Part shown: one piece after another, positions 49,820 to 58,056 of the stretch
How the letters are laid out: every line of letters begins with the position of its first letter
How positions within the stretch are numbered: position 1 is the first letter of the stretch
IMG/VR virus record: IMGVR_UViG_3300034283_002790
Coordinates: 64,001 to 128,000 of that record
Source: a virus
Length of the DNA: 64,000 nucleotides
Strand: one strand, 5' to 3'
The notes under the pieces: model-generated
Database searches by the model: none
What the model was told of the DNA's origin: nothing
Seen by the model: the letters and a program-made list of their open reading frames with translations, nothing else
Program-made: the position numbers and the translations under genes

Positions 49820-50143
49820 TTAAAAGTCGTATAAATTATCGATGTCAACACAATTAAAATTACACATTTCACAGTATGATTCATAAATTTCTTGTTTTTT
49901 ATAGTTATCAATAAATTTATCAACCATGGAAATTTTATCACCACTTAAATCAGAATAGTTTTCCTCCAATTCTTTTATTACTTTGAATTTTACTCCTTCC
50001 AGTAAGTCGTCAAAATTAATTTTTTCACAATCTTTTGGGTCTAAATTGTGTTTAAAGTCATCAAGGTGCTTATTTATGACATCATTCATGTATGACATCC
50101 TTCTTAATAAATAATATTGTGATTCGGAAATTAAAATTTTCAT
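49820..50143 (-). CDS. leader-class B small helical protein (RR family)
   Basis: MKILISESQYYLLRR. Confidence 0.65.
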   Translation of the reverse strand: MKILISESQYYLLRRMSYMNDVINKHLDDFKHNLDPKDCEKINFDDLLEGVKFKVIKELEENYSDLSGDKISMVDKFIDNYKKQEIYESYCEMCNFNCVDIDNLYDF

Positions 50144-50145
50144 TT

Positions 50146-50478
50146 TTACATTAGGGTTTCTTGGTGTCTTTTTTTTAGGTAATCGTAATAATTTGTTTGA
50201 ATAAACCTTTGTAACTGATTTCTGTAAGTTACAAAGTCATCGTTGTCGTCGTCATCTCTTGGATTCATTTCGCTTTTTGCGATTTGATGTGCAATTGTGT
50301 ACGATACAAATGGTATAAATTCATCTAATCCTACTTTATGTGTTCCAAAAGCACCTGGTCCAGTGTCAAAAACTCTATAAATAAATTCATCGTCGTCAAC
50401 ATATTTTTTAAAAAGGTCTTCTATGATACCAACTCTTCTAATAAAATTGTATTGGGACTCGTTGATTACAAATTTCAT
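50146..50478 (-). CDS. leader-class B small helical protein (RR family)
   Basis: MKFVINESQYNFIRR. Confidence 0.65.
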   Translation of the reverse strand: MKFVINESQYNFIRRVGIIEDLFKKYVDDDEFIYRVFDTGPGAFGTHKVGLDEFIPFVSYTIAHQIAKSEMNPRDDDDNDDFVTYRNQLQRFIQTNYYDYLKKRHQETLM

Positions 50479-50494
50479 ATTCTATAAATATTAA

Positions 50495-50824
50495 TTAAAA
50501 ACGCGAATAACCACATTTACGAACAAAAAGATTTCGAATATAGTTTCCATATTCTTTATTAACAATGTCATACAATATTTGAGTGTCCATATTGGCTCCC
50601 CCAGTTTCACTATCGTCATGAAAAAAATCCCAATTCTGATCAACAAATATTTCAATAGATCTTCCTTTAAGATTATCAAAAAAAGACTCGGGGTTGTTGT
50701 GTTTACACCACCACGGATTATCTTCTTGTTTTTCATATCCTTTAATCTGTTTTTCAACAATATCAATAAACTCTTGGATTCGTCTAAAAATAAATAGTTG
50801 ATTTTCTGTGATAATGACTTTCAT
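50495..50824 (-). CDS. leader-class B small helical protein (RR family)
   Basis: MKVIITENQLFIFRR. Confidence 0.65.
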   Translation of the reverse strand: MKVIITENQLFIFRRIQEFIDIVEKQIKGYEKQEDNPWWCKHNNPESFFDNLKGRSIEIFVDQNWDFFHDDSETGGANMDTQILYDIVNKEYGNYIRNLFVRKCGYSRF

Positions 50825-50825
50825 A

Positions 50826-51077
50826 TTAACTAATTAAATCTTCAAAATTTTTTTCAATGAATCGTCGTAACTTATCAAAATTTTTTTTATTGTTCTCAAT
50901 GTCAGTATCGGAATCATTTAAATATGTCCATGGGGAGTGATCTATTGTCATATCTTTTGCATCATATGGTGAGTGTCCTCTTTTCAATAAATAATTATAG
51001 TCATCACTAACCCAATCTTTAATTTCTTGGTATCTTCTAATAAATTGAAATTGAGATTCTGTTATAACAATCTTCAT
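50826..51077 (-). CDS. leader-class B small helical protein (RR family)
   Basis: MKIVITESQFQFIRR. Confidence 0.65.
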   Translation of the reverse strand: MKIVITESQFQFIRRYQEIKDWVSDDYNYLLKRGHSPYDAKDMTIDHSPWTYLNDSDTDIENNKKNFDKLRRFIEKNFEDLIS

Positions 51078-51147
51078 ATATTATAAATATATGAAAAACA
51101 AAAACCCCCACTTGATGAGGTGGGGGAGTTTTTAAACTTAGATACAA

Positions 51148-51579
51148 TTAAGATTTTCCGGATATATAGTCGTCAAAGTTCACTTTTAATTCATTAAAGT
51201 ATTTTTCATACAAGTATTCTTCCAATTCATCTCTAACTTCATATGCCGATTCTGGGGGTAAGTTATTTTCGTTTTTTTCTGTTTCTTCATCTTCATCCCA
51301 ACTATCACCCCAATCATCATCATCGTCATCAGTGTATCCTTCACCACCGAAATAAAAACCAACTGCAGTATAAATACAAAATTCGGCAAACTCATCCCCA
51401 TCATCAAAATTTTCTACTTCTTGAATTGACTCTTGAAAATAAATCATTTCTTCGAGTTTTTCTAGATCAACCCCTCGTCTTTTAAAAAAGTTTTCCTCAC
51501 TTTTTAAATTATTATTTTCAATGGATTCTTTGATGAGTCGGATCAATTGAGTTTCAGTTAATCTTATAACTTTTTTCAT
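51148..51579 (-). CDS. leader-class A acidic protein (RR family)
   Basis: MKKVIRLTETQL...FFKRR. Confidence 0.65.
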   Translation of the reverse strand: MKKVIRLTETQLIRLIKESIENNNLKSEENFFKRRGVDLEKLEEMIYFQESIQEVENFDDGDEFAEFCIYTAVGFYFGGEGYTDDDDDDWGDSWDEDEETEKNENNLPPESAYEVRDELEEYLYEKYFNELKVNFDDYISGKS

Positions 51580-51582
51580 AAA

Positions 51583-51978
51583 TTATTCTGTTGCAAATCC
51601 AAATTTTATGACACCACCTTCATTATAAACATATGCCTCATATCTGAAACCTGTACTCGGTTTAAAATAAACCTCATCCCCAGAGTTAGGAACCTTAATA
51701 TAATCGGTCGGTTTTAAATATTTTCCTTTCAAGTTTTTTGAAACCCCACCAACTGACGGAGATCCCTTAACAGTCAGAATTTCAAAATTTGTATTATCAT
51801 TTTGAGTTAGTTCATACAAACCCACCCAATCTTTTTTTTCTGTGGGTGTCATATCTCGTTTTGCCAAACTTTTGACAGTACCTCCAACAGATCCGTTATT
51901 TTGATTCTCCATTTCTTGAATGGTTCTCTTAACCAACCGTACAAGTTCGGATTCAGTTAATCTTATAACTTTTTTCAT
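51583..51978 (-). CDS. leader-class A hypothetical
   Basis: MKKVIRLTESELVRLVKRTIQE. Confidence 0.65.
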   Translation of the reverse strand: MKKVIRLTESELVRLVKRTIQEMENQNNGSVGGTVKSLAKRDMTPTEKKDWVGLYELTQNDNTNFEILTVKGSPSVGGVSKNLKGKYLKPTDYIKVPNSGDEVYFKPSTGFRYEAYVYNEGGVIKFGFATE

Positions 51979-52029
51979 AATTTATTTTATTTATAAATAC
52001 AAAGAAACTTTAAAAAACAATTCAATAAT

Positions 52030-53244
52030 TTAAACTGATTGATTGATTGGGGTAAATTTCAAATAAAGATAATTTGATTTTTTGTTTTCATCTTCCGGAC
52101 CTTTAGAAGTTTGATTTAATCTTCCCAACAAATAAAACGATACATAAATGTTTCCTTGTGATTGTATTCCATACTCGGAAAATAATTGTTGGGTATTATG
52201 AGAACTAAGACCGTTGACTAAAATCATTTTCCTCAAAGATTTCATAATTTCATTTGCTTGGTCAACAGACGCTTTTCTGGGTTTAGTGGAACTATACATT
52301 GCCGATAGATCAAATCCCTTAACCTGGATGGTTCCAGATCTAATTTTATTAAAAAATTTGTTTAACATTTGATTTCCATCGTCCATTGGGCCGGCTTCAA
52401 TAATTGTCCTAAAATTATTTAATCTACTATAAGTTTCCGAATCGTTGGTTATATATGTTTGTGAGTATTCTTGTTGGGAAGTTGGAGTATTTTGTGTTAA
52501 GATATAGGTTGGTTCTTTATAAATCCTTAAAAAATTATCAATCAAATGTCCCATCTCATGTTTTGTTACTTGATCGAGTGATGCAATATAATTTTTCCCA
52601 TTATGAATATTAAACACGTTTAAATTTATTGATTTGTATTTTAATTCATTTAGTTGGGAAGCACTTTTTGCATATTTAACCCACCCAAAAGTTTTCGGAT
52701 TGGGTGATTGATTTTTATTATAATATGATTTGTAAGAAGTAAGGGTATTAATATATTTTAAAAGTTGGGGAATAAGTTTTTGGTTTTTGAATTTTTTTCT
52801 TGTGTTTTCATCACTAAACCATTTTAAATATTCGTTTCTTGCCTTTGAAATAGATCTTTTAATATCTTCATTAATTGTGAAAGTTAATGGGAGATTTAAT
52901 TGGGAACCTCCTTTCAAATACTCATTTCCCACTCTATTCCATGCCGATTGGGTAAGTTTTCCAAATTTCCCATCAACCCCATCTTTTTTTATTCCGAAGG
53001 TTCCAAGGTTTATCGATGGATAATTTTTCTTAACCCATTTTTGAAACCTGACCGTAGAATTATAATCATAAGGTTTGACTAAAGTTGATTTTTTGAAATT
53101 GTCCCAGAAAGCATCTGCGGTCTCATCAGATTGAGCAATATTTACATTACACTCATCTGCCGACGTTTCAGATTCTTCCACCAATAGAGGTTTAACGGTC
53201 CCCAGTTTTGATTCAATTAATTGTTTAAATCTAAATTTTTCCAT
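52030..53244 (-). CDS. leader-class E protein with PG-binding-like and zincin domains
   Basis: Start reassigned to MEKFRFKQLIES; VDGKFGKLT..AW; HEMGH. Confidence 0.65.
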   Translation of the reverse strand: MEKFRFKQLIESKLGTVKPLLVEESETSADECNVNIAQSDETADAFWDNFKKSTLVKPYDYNSTVRFQKWVKKNYPSINLGTFGIKKDGVDGKFGKLTQSAWNRVGNEYLKGGSQLNLPLTFTINEDIKRSISKARNEYLKWFSDENTRKKFKNQKLIPQLLKYINTLTSYKSYYNKNQSPNPKTFGWVKYAKSASQLNELKYKSINLNVFNIHNGKNYIASLDQVTKHEMGHLIDNFLRIYKEPTYILTQNTPTSQQEYSQTYITNDSETYSRLNNFRTIIEAGPMDDGNQMLNKFFNKIRSGTIQVKGFDLSAMYSSTKPRKASVDQANEIMKSLRKMILVNGLSSHNTQQLFSEYGIQSQGNIYVSFYLLGRLNQTSKGPEDENKKSNYLYLKFTPINQSV

Positions 53245-53245
53245 A

Positions 53246-53590
53246 TTAACGAAGAGTATCAGATACCGCAACGGTTCCAGATATCGGACAACTCCCGGTC
53301 GCGTGTTTCAATGTGTCACCATTCAATAGAATTGTTGCAGAAACAAATTGATTTTGACCTGAGGTGTTCATGGCATACACCAAAACCAAACTGTCTTTCA
53401 TTCCAACAAAGTTATGAGACCAGGTTGAGTTTTGATGAAATTCTGATTTTGGTTTTCCGTTTTCTTTATAATAAACATAACAATCCGAACACTGGATTTT
53501 ATATGTGACATTTCTTTGTGGCTCTACTTCCTTTTTTTTACATGAAAATAGTAATGAAATAAAAACCAAATATATAAGTACGTTTTTCAT
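53246..53590 (-). CDS. putative lipoprotein
   Basis: ISLLFSCKKKE Bacteroidota-type lipobox. Confidence 0.7.
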   Translation of the reverse strand: MKNVLIYLVFISLLFSCKKKEVEPQRNVTYKIQCSDCYVYYKENGKPKSEFHQNSTWSHNFVGMKDSLVLVYAMNTSGQNQFVSATILLNGDTLKHATGSCPISGTVAVSDTLR

Positions 53591-53624
53591 AATTTAACTC
53601 TTTAAAATAAATATCACGATAAAT

Positions 53625-53655
53625 AAAAAACCCCACCTGTTAAAGATGGGGTTTT
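53625..53655 (-). terminator. intrinsic terminator downstream of the CRISPR array
   Basis: AAAACCCCA/TGGGGTTTT stem with U-tail on minus strand. Confidence 0.75.
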
Positions 53656-53666
53656 AATATAATAAA

Positions 53667-54084
53667 TTCAAATACAGATCATATACAACTTTCAGAAAAT
53701 TTAAATGTAGATAGATTTGTTGTGATTACCCTACAAATAAAGACCATACACAACTCAAAACAAACGATTGTGCGACCTTAATTTGTTGTGATTACCCTTC
53801 AAATAAAGATCATACACAACTTTAGGTTGTTATACAGCACTTTCCATCTCGTTGTGATTACCCTTCAAATAAAGATCATACACAACTGTTTTCTATTAAT
53901 CGGCAAACCGTTGAGCGTTGTGATTACCCTTCAAATAAAGATCATACACAACTTGAAAAAGGAAGCGCTAACCCAAATCCCCGTTGTGATTACCCTTCAA
54001 ATAAAGATCATACACAACGCGATAAGTTGTCTTCTACACTCTTCCTCCGTTGTGATTACCCTTCAAATAAAGATCACACACAAC
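53667..54084 (-). CRISPR. CRISPR array: 6 full 36-nt repeats, five 30-nt spacers, plus a 29-nt spacer and a partial terminal repeat; type VI-B-like repeat
   Basis: Plus-strand GTTGTGATTACCCTTCAAATAAAGATCATACACAAC at 53719 (2 mismatches), 53785, 53851, 53917, 53983, 54049 (1 mismatch); partial copy 53667-53689 (21/23). Confidence 0.97.
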
Positions 54085-54194
54085 TGTGTATTTTGGAAAC
54101 ATAATAAATGAAAGGCTCTTGTTGTCATTATAAACCCACAAATTGAGTTTTGACCACAATTAAATTGGATGTCACACCACCCAGTTTTTGTTTC

Positions 54195-55442
54195 CTAATT
54201 TTCTAAATTTTCAAAGAACATTTTCTTACCTAAGTCCCGAATGTTTAAAGCCGCATTGTAATCACGATCAATTTCGCTTTTGCAGTTTTTACATTCCCAA
54301 ACCCGTTGAGATAAAAGTAGATTTTCATTCACCGTACCGCAATTATTACATTTCTTGCTTGATGGAAAAAATCTATCCACTTTAATTGTGTGTTTCCCGC
54401 TGGAGACACTTTTATAAATAATCATTTCACGTAACATCCCAAGACCAGCGTCCAAAATATTTCGATTTAAGTTTGATTTTTGTTTAACGTTGGTACCAGG
54501 ATTTTCAACGGTACCTTTATTTGATTTCGTCATTTCAACAAGATCCAAATCTTCCATACAAATCAAATCATATTGATCGACCAGTCTTTTGGATACATTG
54601 TGATTATAATTTTTTCTACAGTTTGATATTTTTTCTTCTAAAACATGAACTTTTTTATTCAACTTTTTCCAGTTGTTAGAGTACTTTACACATTTGTCCC
54701 TATTACTTATCAATTTTGACAAATGATTTAAATGTTGGTTCAGGTATTTTGGATTTTTAATAACTTCATTTTCTGATGTAACAATCAAAGATTTTACACC
54801 CGCATCGATACCAACCACAGACTTGACTTCCTTTTTTGAAACATCGTTCTTATATTCTACCAAAATTGACACATAGTACTTTCCATGTTTTTTGGAAATC
54901 GTATATTTTTTTGGAATTCCAATAATTGGTCTATGATATTGGACTTTGATATTTCCAGTAATTTTTGGTAAAGTTAACTTACCATCTTCTTTTATTCCGT
55001 GTTTTTGTATATTAGTATTAATTAATCGTGTTGTAAAACTTTGTTTTTGGTCATTCTTTTTTGTAAAATCCGGTGGTGTGGGACGTTTCATATCGGTCTT
55101 CGGATTGTTTTTAATGACTTGTTTATAGATTTTTGTATTATCAAAAAAATCTGACCAAGCCTTACTTAAATGTTCCATTTCATACATATAAATCTGTGAA
55201 TCGTGATCATTTAAAAAGGGTGCCGATTTTCTATAATTTGTTATATGTTTATTTAATCCAAAATGTGATAAATTTGGTTTTCCACCCAGAGAATATATTT
55301 GTCGATCAAGATCGATGGTTAGGTTTCGAACATACCTTGCCGCTTGTATTGCACCCTCGATTTGTTTAATCTGGGTTTTATTGGGGTATATTCGATACTT
55401 AAACCCCTTATTTAATACTCCAACCTTTTTTTCTCTTTTCAT
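54195..55442 (-). CDS. tnpB: TnpB-family RNA-guided RuvC nuclease (IS605 OrfB-like), CRISPR-adjacent
   Basis: KYRIYPNKTQ N-terminus, RuvC-I VGIDAG, RuvC-II MEDL, Zn finger CNNC/CKNC, RuvC-III DRDYNAALNI. Confidence 0.93.
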   Translation of the reverse strand: MKREKKVGVLNKGFKYRIYPNKTQIKQIEGAIQAARYVRNLTIDLDRQIYSLGGKPNLSHFGLNKHITNYRKSAPFLNDHDSQIYMYEMEHLSKAWSDFFDNTKIYKQVIKNNPKTDMKRPTPPDFTKKNDQKQSFTTRLINTNIQKHGIKEDGKLTLPKITGNIKVQYHRPIIGIPKKYTISKKHGKYYVSILVEYKNDVSKKEVKSVVGIDAGVKSLIVTSENEVIKNPKYLNQHLNHLSKLISNRDKCVKYSNNWKKLNKKVHVLEEKISNCRKNYNHNVSKRLVDQYDLICMEDLDLVEMTKSNKGTVENPGTNVKQKSNLNRNILDAGLGMLREMIIYKSVSSGKHTIKVDRFFPSSKKCNNCGTVNENLLLSQRVWECKNCKSEIDRDYNAALNIRDLGKKMFFENLEN

Positions 55443-55446
55443 AGTA

Positions 55447-55478
55447 CAAATTTAGAATTAATTTTTTCAATAGTCAAA
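55447..55478 (-). promoter_or_regulatory. Bacteroidota housekeeping-sigma promoter of tnpB
   Basis: TTTG (55478-55475), 20 nt, TAAATTTG (55454-55447); matches the TTTG-N19-21-TAnnTTTG consensus. Confidence 0.75.
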
Positions 55479-55537
55479 TTTTTTTTCAAAATATTTTTAA
55501 AAAATATTCGGACGAAGTCCGGAACGGGTGTTCCAAC

Positions 55538-56176
55538 CTAGGATTTCCATGTTAAAGAATTTTTTTTGACGTTTCTATTAATGTGAGAACATAGGGGCTG
55601 AAAATTTGTATAATGGTTAAGTTTAAAAACATCTTCCTTTGTGACGGCTGATGACAAAGGTATAATATGATCCAGGTCCCAACCAAAATTCAATTTTCCA
55701 TTATAAAGACCATAATTATCCCAGGTCATCCAAAGTTCAAATTGGGATTCAATATGTGACTTAAACTCACCATGATCACACCCAAGAATTTCAATTGTCT
55801 TGAGTTGTTTCGATGACTTAAATTTGGACAATGATTTTCGAATTTTGGATCTAACTCTTTCCTTCAATTTAAAAATGGGATCAATCAATTTTCTTTGTTT
55901 GATGTAATCTTTGTGTTTTGCCGATAAAACCTTTCGATTATCTTTTCTATATTTTTTTCGTTGATTAGATATTGAATCTTTATTTAATACTTGATATTCT
56001 TTTATTTTTTCAAGTTCTCGAGTTTTATTTTTTGCGTAATATTTTTTTCTTTCTGCTGATCTACACAATTTACATTGTGGGGAAAAGTTATCAGATTGTC
56101 GTTTATTTTTATTAAACTCTGTGAGAACTTTTTCTTCACCACATTTTGTGCAAACCTTTTTTTCCATCTTTTTCAA
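55538..56176 (-). CDS. HNH endonuclease (homing-type) with N-terminal Zn finger
   Basis: CTKC/CKLC; WDLDHIIPL...NHYTNFQPLC...N..K. Confidence 0.8.
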   Translation of the reverse strand: MKKMEKKVCTKCGEEKVLTEFNKNKRQSDNFSPQCKLCRSAERKKYYAKNKTRELEKIKEYQVLNKDSISNQRKKYRKDNRKVLSAKHKDYIKQRKLIDPIFKLKERVRSKIRKSLSKFKSSKQLKTIEILGCDHGEFKSHIESQFELWMTWDNYGLYNGKLNFGWDLDHIIPLSSAVTKEDVFKLNHYTNFQPLCSHINRNVKKNSLTWKS

Positions 56177-56222
56177 AACTAAATGAAAATATCTATATTA
56201 TCAAATTTTTTTCAAAAAAACC

Positions 56223-56837
56223 CTAAAGTTGGTCTTTCATCAAGTTATAATAATACTCGCTAATATCATCCGGAGAATAAATATTATTGGACCTTAGTTC
56301 TGATCTAATTTTAGTAATAAAATGAGCAAGTTGAGATTCGGAAACATTTTTATACATTTCAATTGGAACAAAGTTTCTACTGATCAAACCCATTTTTTGA
56401 AGTTCTCTAATTTTTCGGGATGCAAAACTATCGGCAACCGTTTCAACTTCCTTCATAAATTTTGCGGTCTCAATAACCGATATTTCATCGTTATAAAATT
56501 CATACATTTTTTCAATACCATATTTCTTATATTGGTACTGATGAGCAATCTCATGAAATATTGAAAACAATGCAACTTCCAATGAACCACGTAAAACCAC
56601 ATCATTAATTAATACCCCATTATGAAGGGACGCCCCCAAGGCTGCGTACTTAAATTTTGCAAATTCTATTTTATTACAATTTGAATTTTCGATGAAGTCA
56701 CTAACAAAACCAACCAATTCATCTGACATATTAAAGTTTGATCTCAAGGTTTCAATAAAATCCCCATGACCGGATGTTTCTTCTTTAATAACTCGTCTGA
56801 CCAGTCTAATCAACTCTGATTCTGTAATTCTTCTCAT
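56223..56837 (-). CDS. leader-class A zincin-like protein
   Basis: Start MRRITESELIRLVRRVIKE; FHEIAHQYQ. Confidence 0.65.
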   Translation of the reverse strand: MRRITESELIRLVRRVIKEETSGHGDFIETLRSNFNMSDELVGFVSDFIENSNCNKIEFAKFKYAALGASLHNGVLINDVVLRGSLEVALFSIFHEIAHQYQYKKYGIEKMYEFYNDEISVIETAKFMKEVETVADSFASRKIRELQKMGLISRNFVPIEMYKNVSESQLAHFITKIRSELRSNNIYSPDDISEYYYNLMKDQL

Positions 56838-56888
56838 ATAAGATAAATATGATATAAAAGAAAAAACCCCCAATTATGGGGGTTAATT

Positions 56889-57317
56889 TTAATATAATTG
56901 AAAAACATTTGTTCCGTCCGTTGAATCGACGGCAATGTATCCGACATTTTCCACAGTATAGATATAAAGTGGTGGATACTTAACCGAATACAACGGGGCT
57001 CTCAACAAAACAACTGACCAACGACCGGTATAACCAGCATCAATCAAATATTGTTCAGATTCCTCTTGTGTCATTTGAAGGGGTGGATGAATAACTAGAT
57101 CATCCAAGTATGGACTATCAACGGTTTGAATGCTGATCTTACCTTCACAAGTACAGTTAACCATAATTGTCGCATATTCATCGTTACCTCTGAAGATACA
57201 ATGGATAAAACTTAGATCATGAGGTGATGAACCCTGGTAAAGTTTTGCCATTTTTGTCATTCCAAGTGCAGTTTCCCAACACTTATTTAACATTTCATTA
57301 AAATTCAATTTTTCCAT
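56889..57317 (-). CDS. hypothetical protein
   Basis: 142 aa; TATTTAT upstream. Confidence 0.55.
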   Translation of the reverse strand: MEKLNFNEMLNKCWETALGMTKMAKLYQGSSPHDLSFIHCIFRGNDEYATIMVNCTCEGKISIQTVDSPYLDDLVIHPPLQMTQEESEQYLIDAGYTGRWSVVLLRAPLYSVKYPPLYIYTVENVGYIAVDSTDGTNVFQLY

Positions 57318-57393
57318 AGTAATATTTTTATAATAAATACCACCACAAATTGTTAAACAAAAAACCCCACTGATGAGGTGGGGGATTTAAATA

Positions 57394-57636
57394 TTACTTA
57401 TGCAATTTATCGGCCAAGTTTTCCCATTCATCATGTACACTAAACCTTTTTTTGTTTTCTCGTCTAAGTGCTTTGGCCAATTCTTCTTTTGTATAATCTT
57501 TAAGTAGTGTCGGACTATATCCAAGTCTCATAAGTATTCTACGGGCATCTCCTTTAAGAGAGTCCACATCTTCATTGATCACAAGTTTAACAATTCTTGT
57601 TAAATCTGATTCTGTAAGTCTAACTATTTTTTTCAT
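57394..57636 (-). CDS. leader-class A small protein
   Basis: MKKIVRLTESDLTRIVK. Confidence 0.65.
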   Translation of the reverse strand: MKKIVRLTESDLTRIVKLVINEDVDSLKGDARRILMRLGYSPTLLKDYTKEELAKALRRENKKRFSVHDEWENLADKLHK

Positions 57637-57651
57637 AATTATATTCCTTTA

Positions 57652-57996
57652 TTAAAATAAACTATTAAGGGGGCCTAAAGTTACAACACCTGTAGTATCG
57701 TTATAATCAAATCTCCCAAACTCTTTATTGGAATTTATTGGTCTATTATTAATATCAAACTTACAATAATTTTTAAGATAGGTATTTTCTATTTTACCAA
57801 AATGTATTTGTTTTCCATCTTCACTCTTTAACCATCCGTACTCAGATCTAGTGTATGGTTTTTTGAAATACCCATTCATACAAGTCATTTCATCTTTAGT
57901 TAAGATGAAGTCTTTTTCAGGATCGGGAGATTCATTTAAAACTTTCATCACAATACGAGTTAAATCTCTTTCTGTAAGTCTAATTATTTTTTTCAT
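57652..57996 (-). CDS. leader-class A small protein
   Basis: MKKIIRLTERDLTRIV. Confidence 0.65.
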   Translation of the reverse strand: MKKIIRLTERDLTRIVMKVLNESPDPEKDFILTKDEMTCMNGYFKKPYTRSEYGWLKSEDGKQIHFGKIENTYLKNYCKFDINNRPINSNKEFGRFDYNDTTGVVTLGPLNSLF

Positions 57997-58056
57997 AATT
58001 TTTATTTATAAATATACTTTTAAAAAAACCCCACCGTTTATGTTAATTAACAAACT

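Noticed and set aside
50491-50766. Alternative-frame ORF overlapping 50495-50824
   Set aside because: The other frame carries the conserved class B leader; same logic applies to 12136, 25270, 32997, 46892, 51186 and the plus-strand shadow ORFs.
53755-54048. Self-targeting spacers within the window
   Set aside because: No match found by eye; a proper alignment is still needed.
53788-54111. 107-aa plus-strand ORF with repeated VVITLQIKIIHN
   Set aside because: It is the translation of the CRISPR repeats (66-nt period), not a gene.
54195-55534. Complete autonomous IS200/IS605 or IS607 element
   Set aside because: No tnpA (Y1 or serine recombinase) nearby, and ends cannot be defined from this window.
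53000-57000. Canonical cas operon (cas1, cas2, cas4, cas9, cas13)
   Set aside because: No such ORFs or HEPN RxxxxH pair near the array; neighbours are a lipoprotein, TnpB and an HNH.
57369-57376. CTGATGAG hammerhead-core-like motif in a hairpin loop
   Set aside because: No stem II plus GAAA and no cleavage triplet; explained as a terminator loop.
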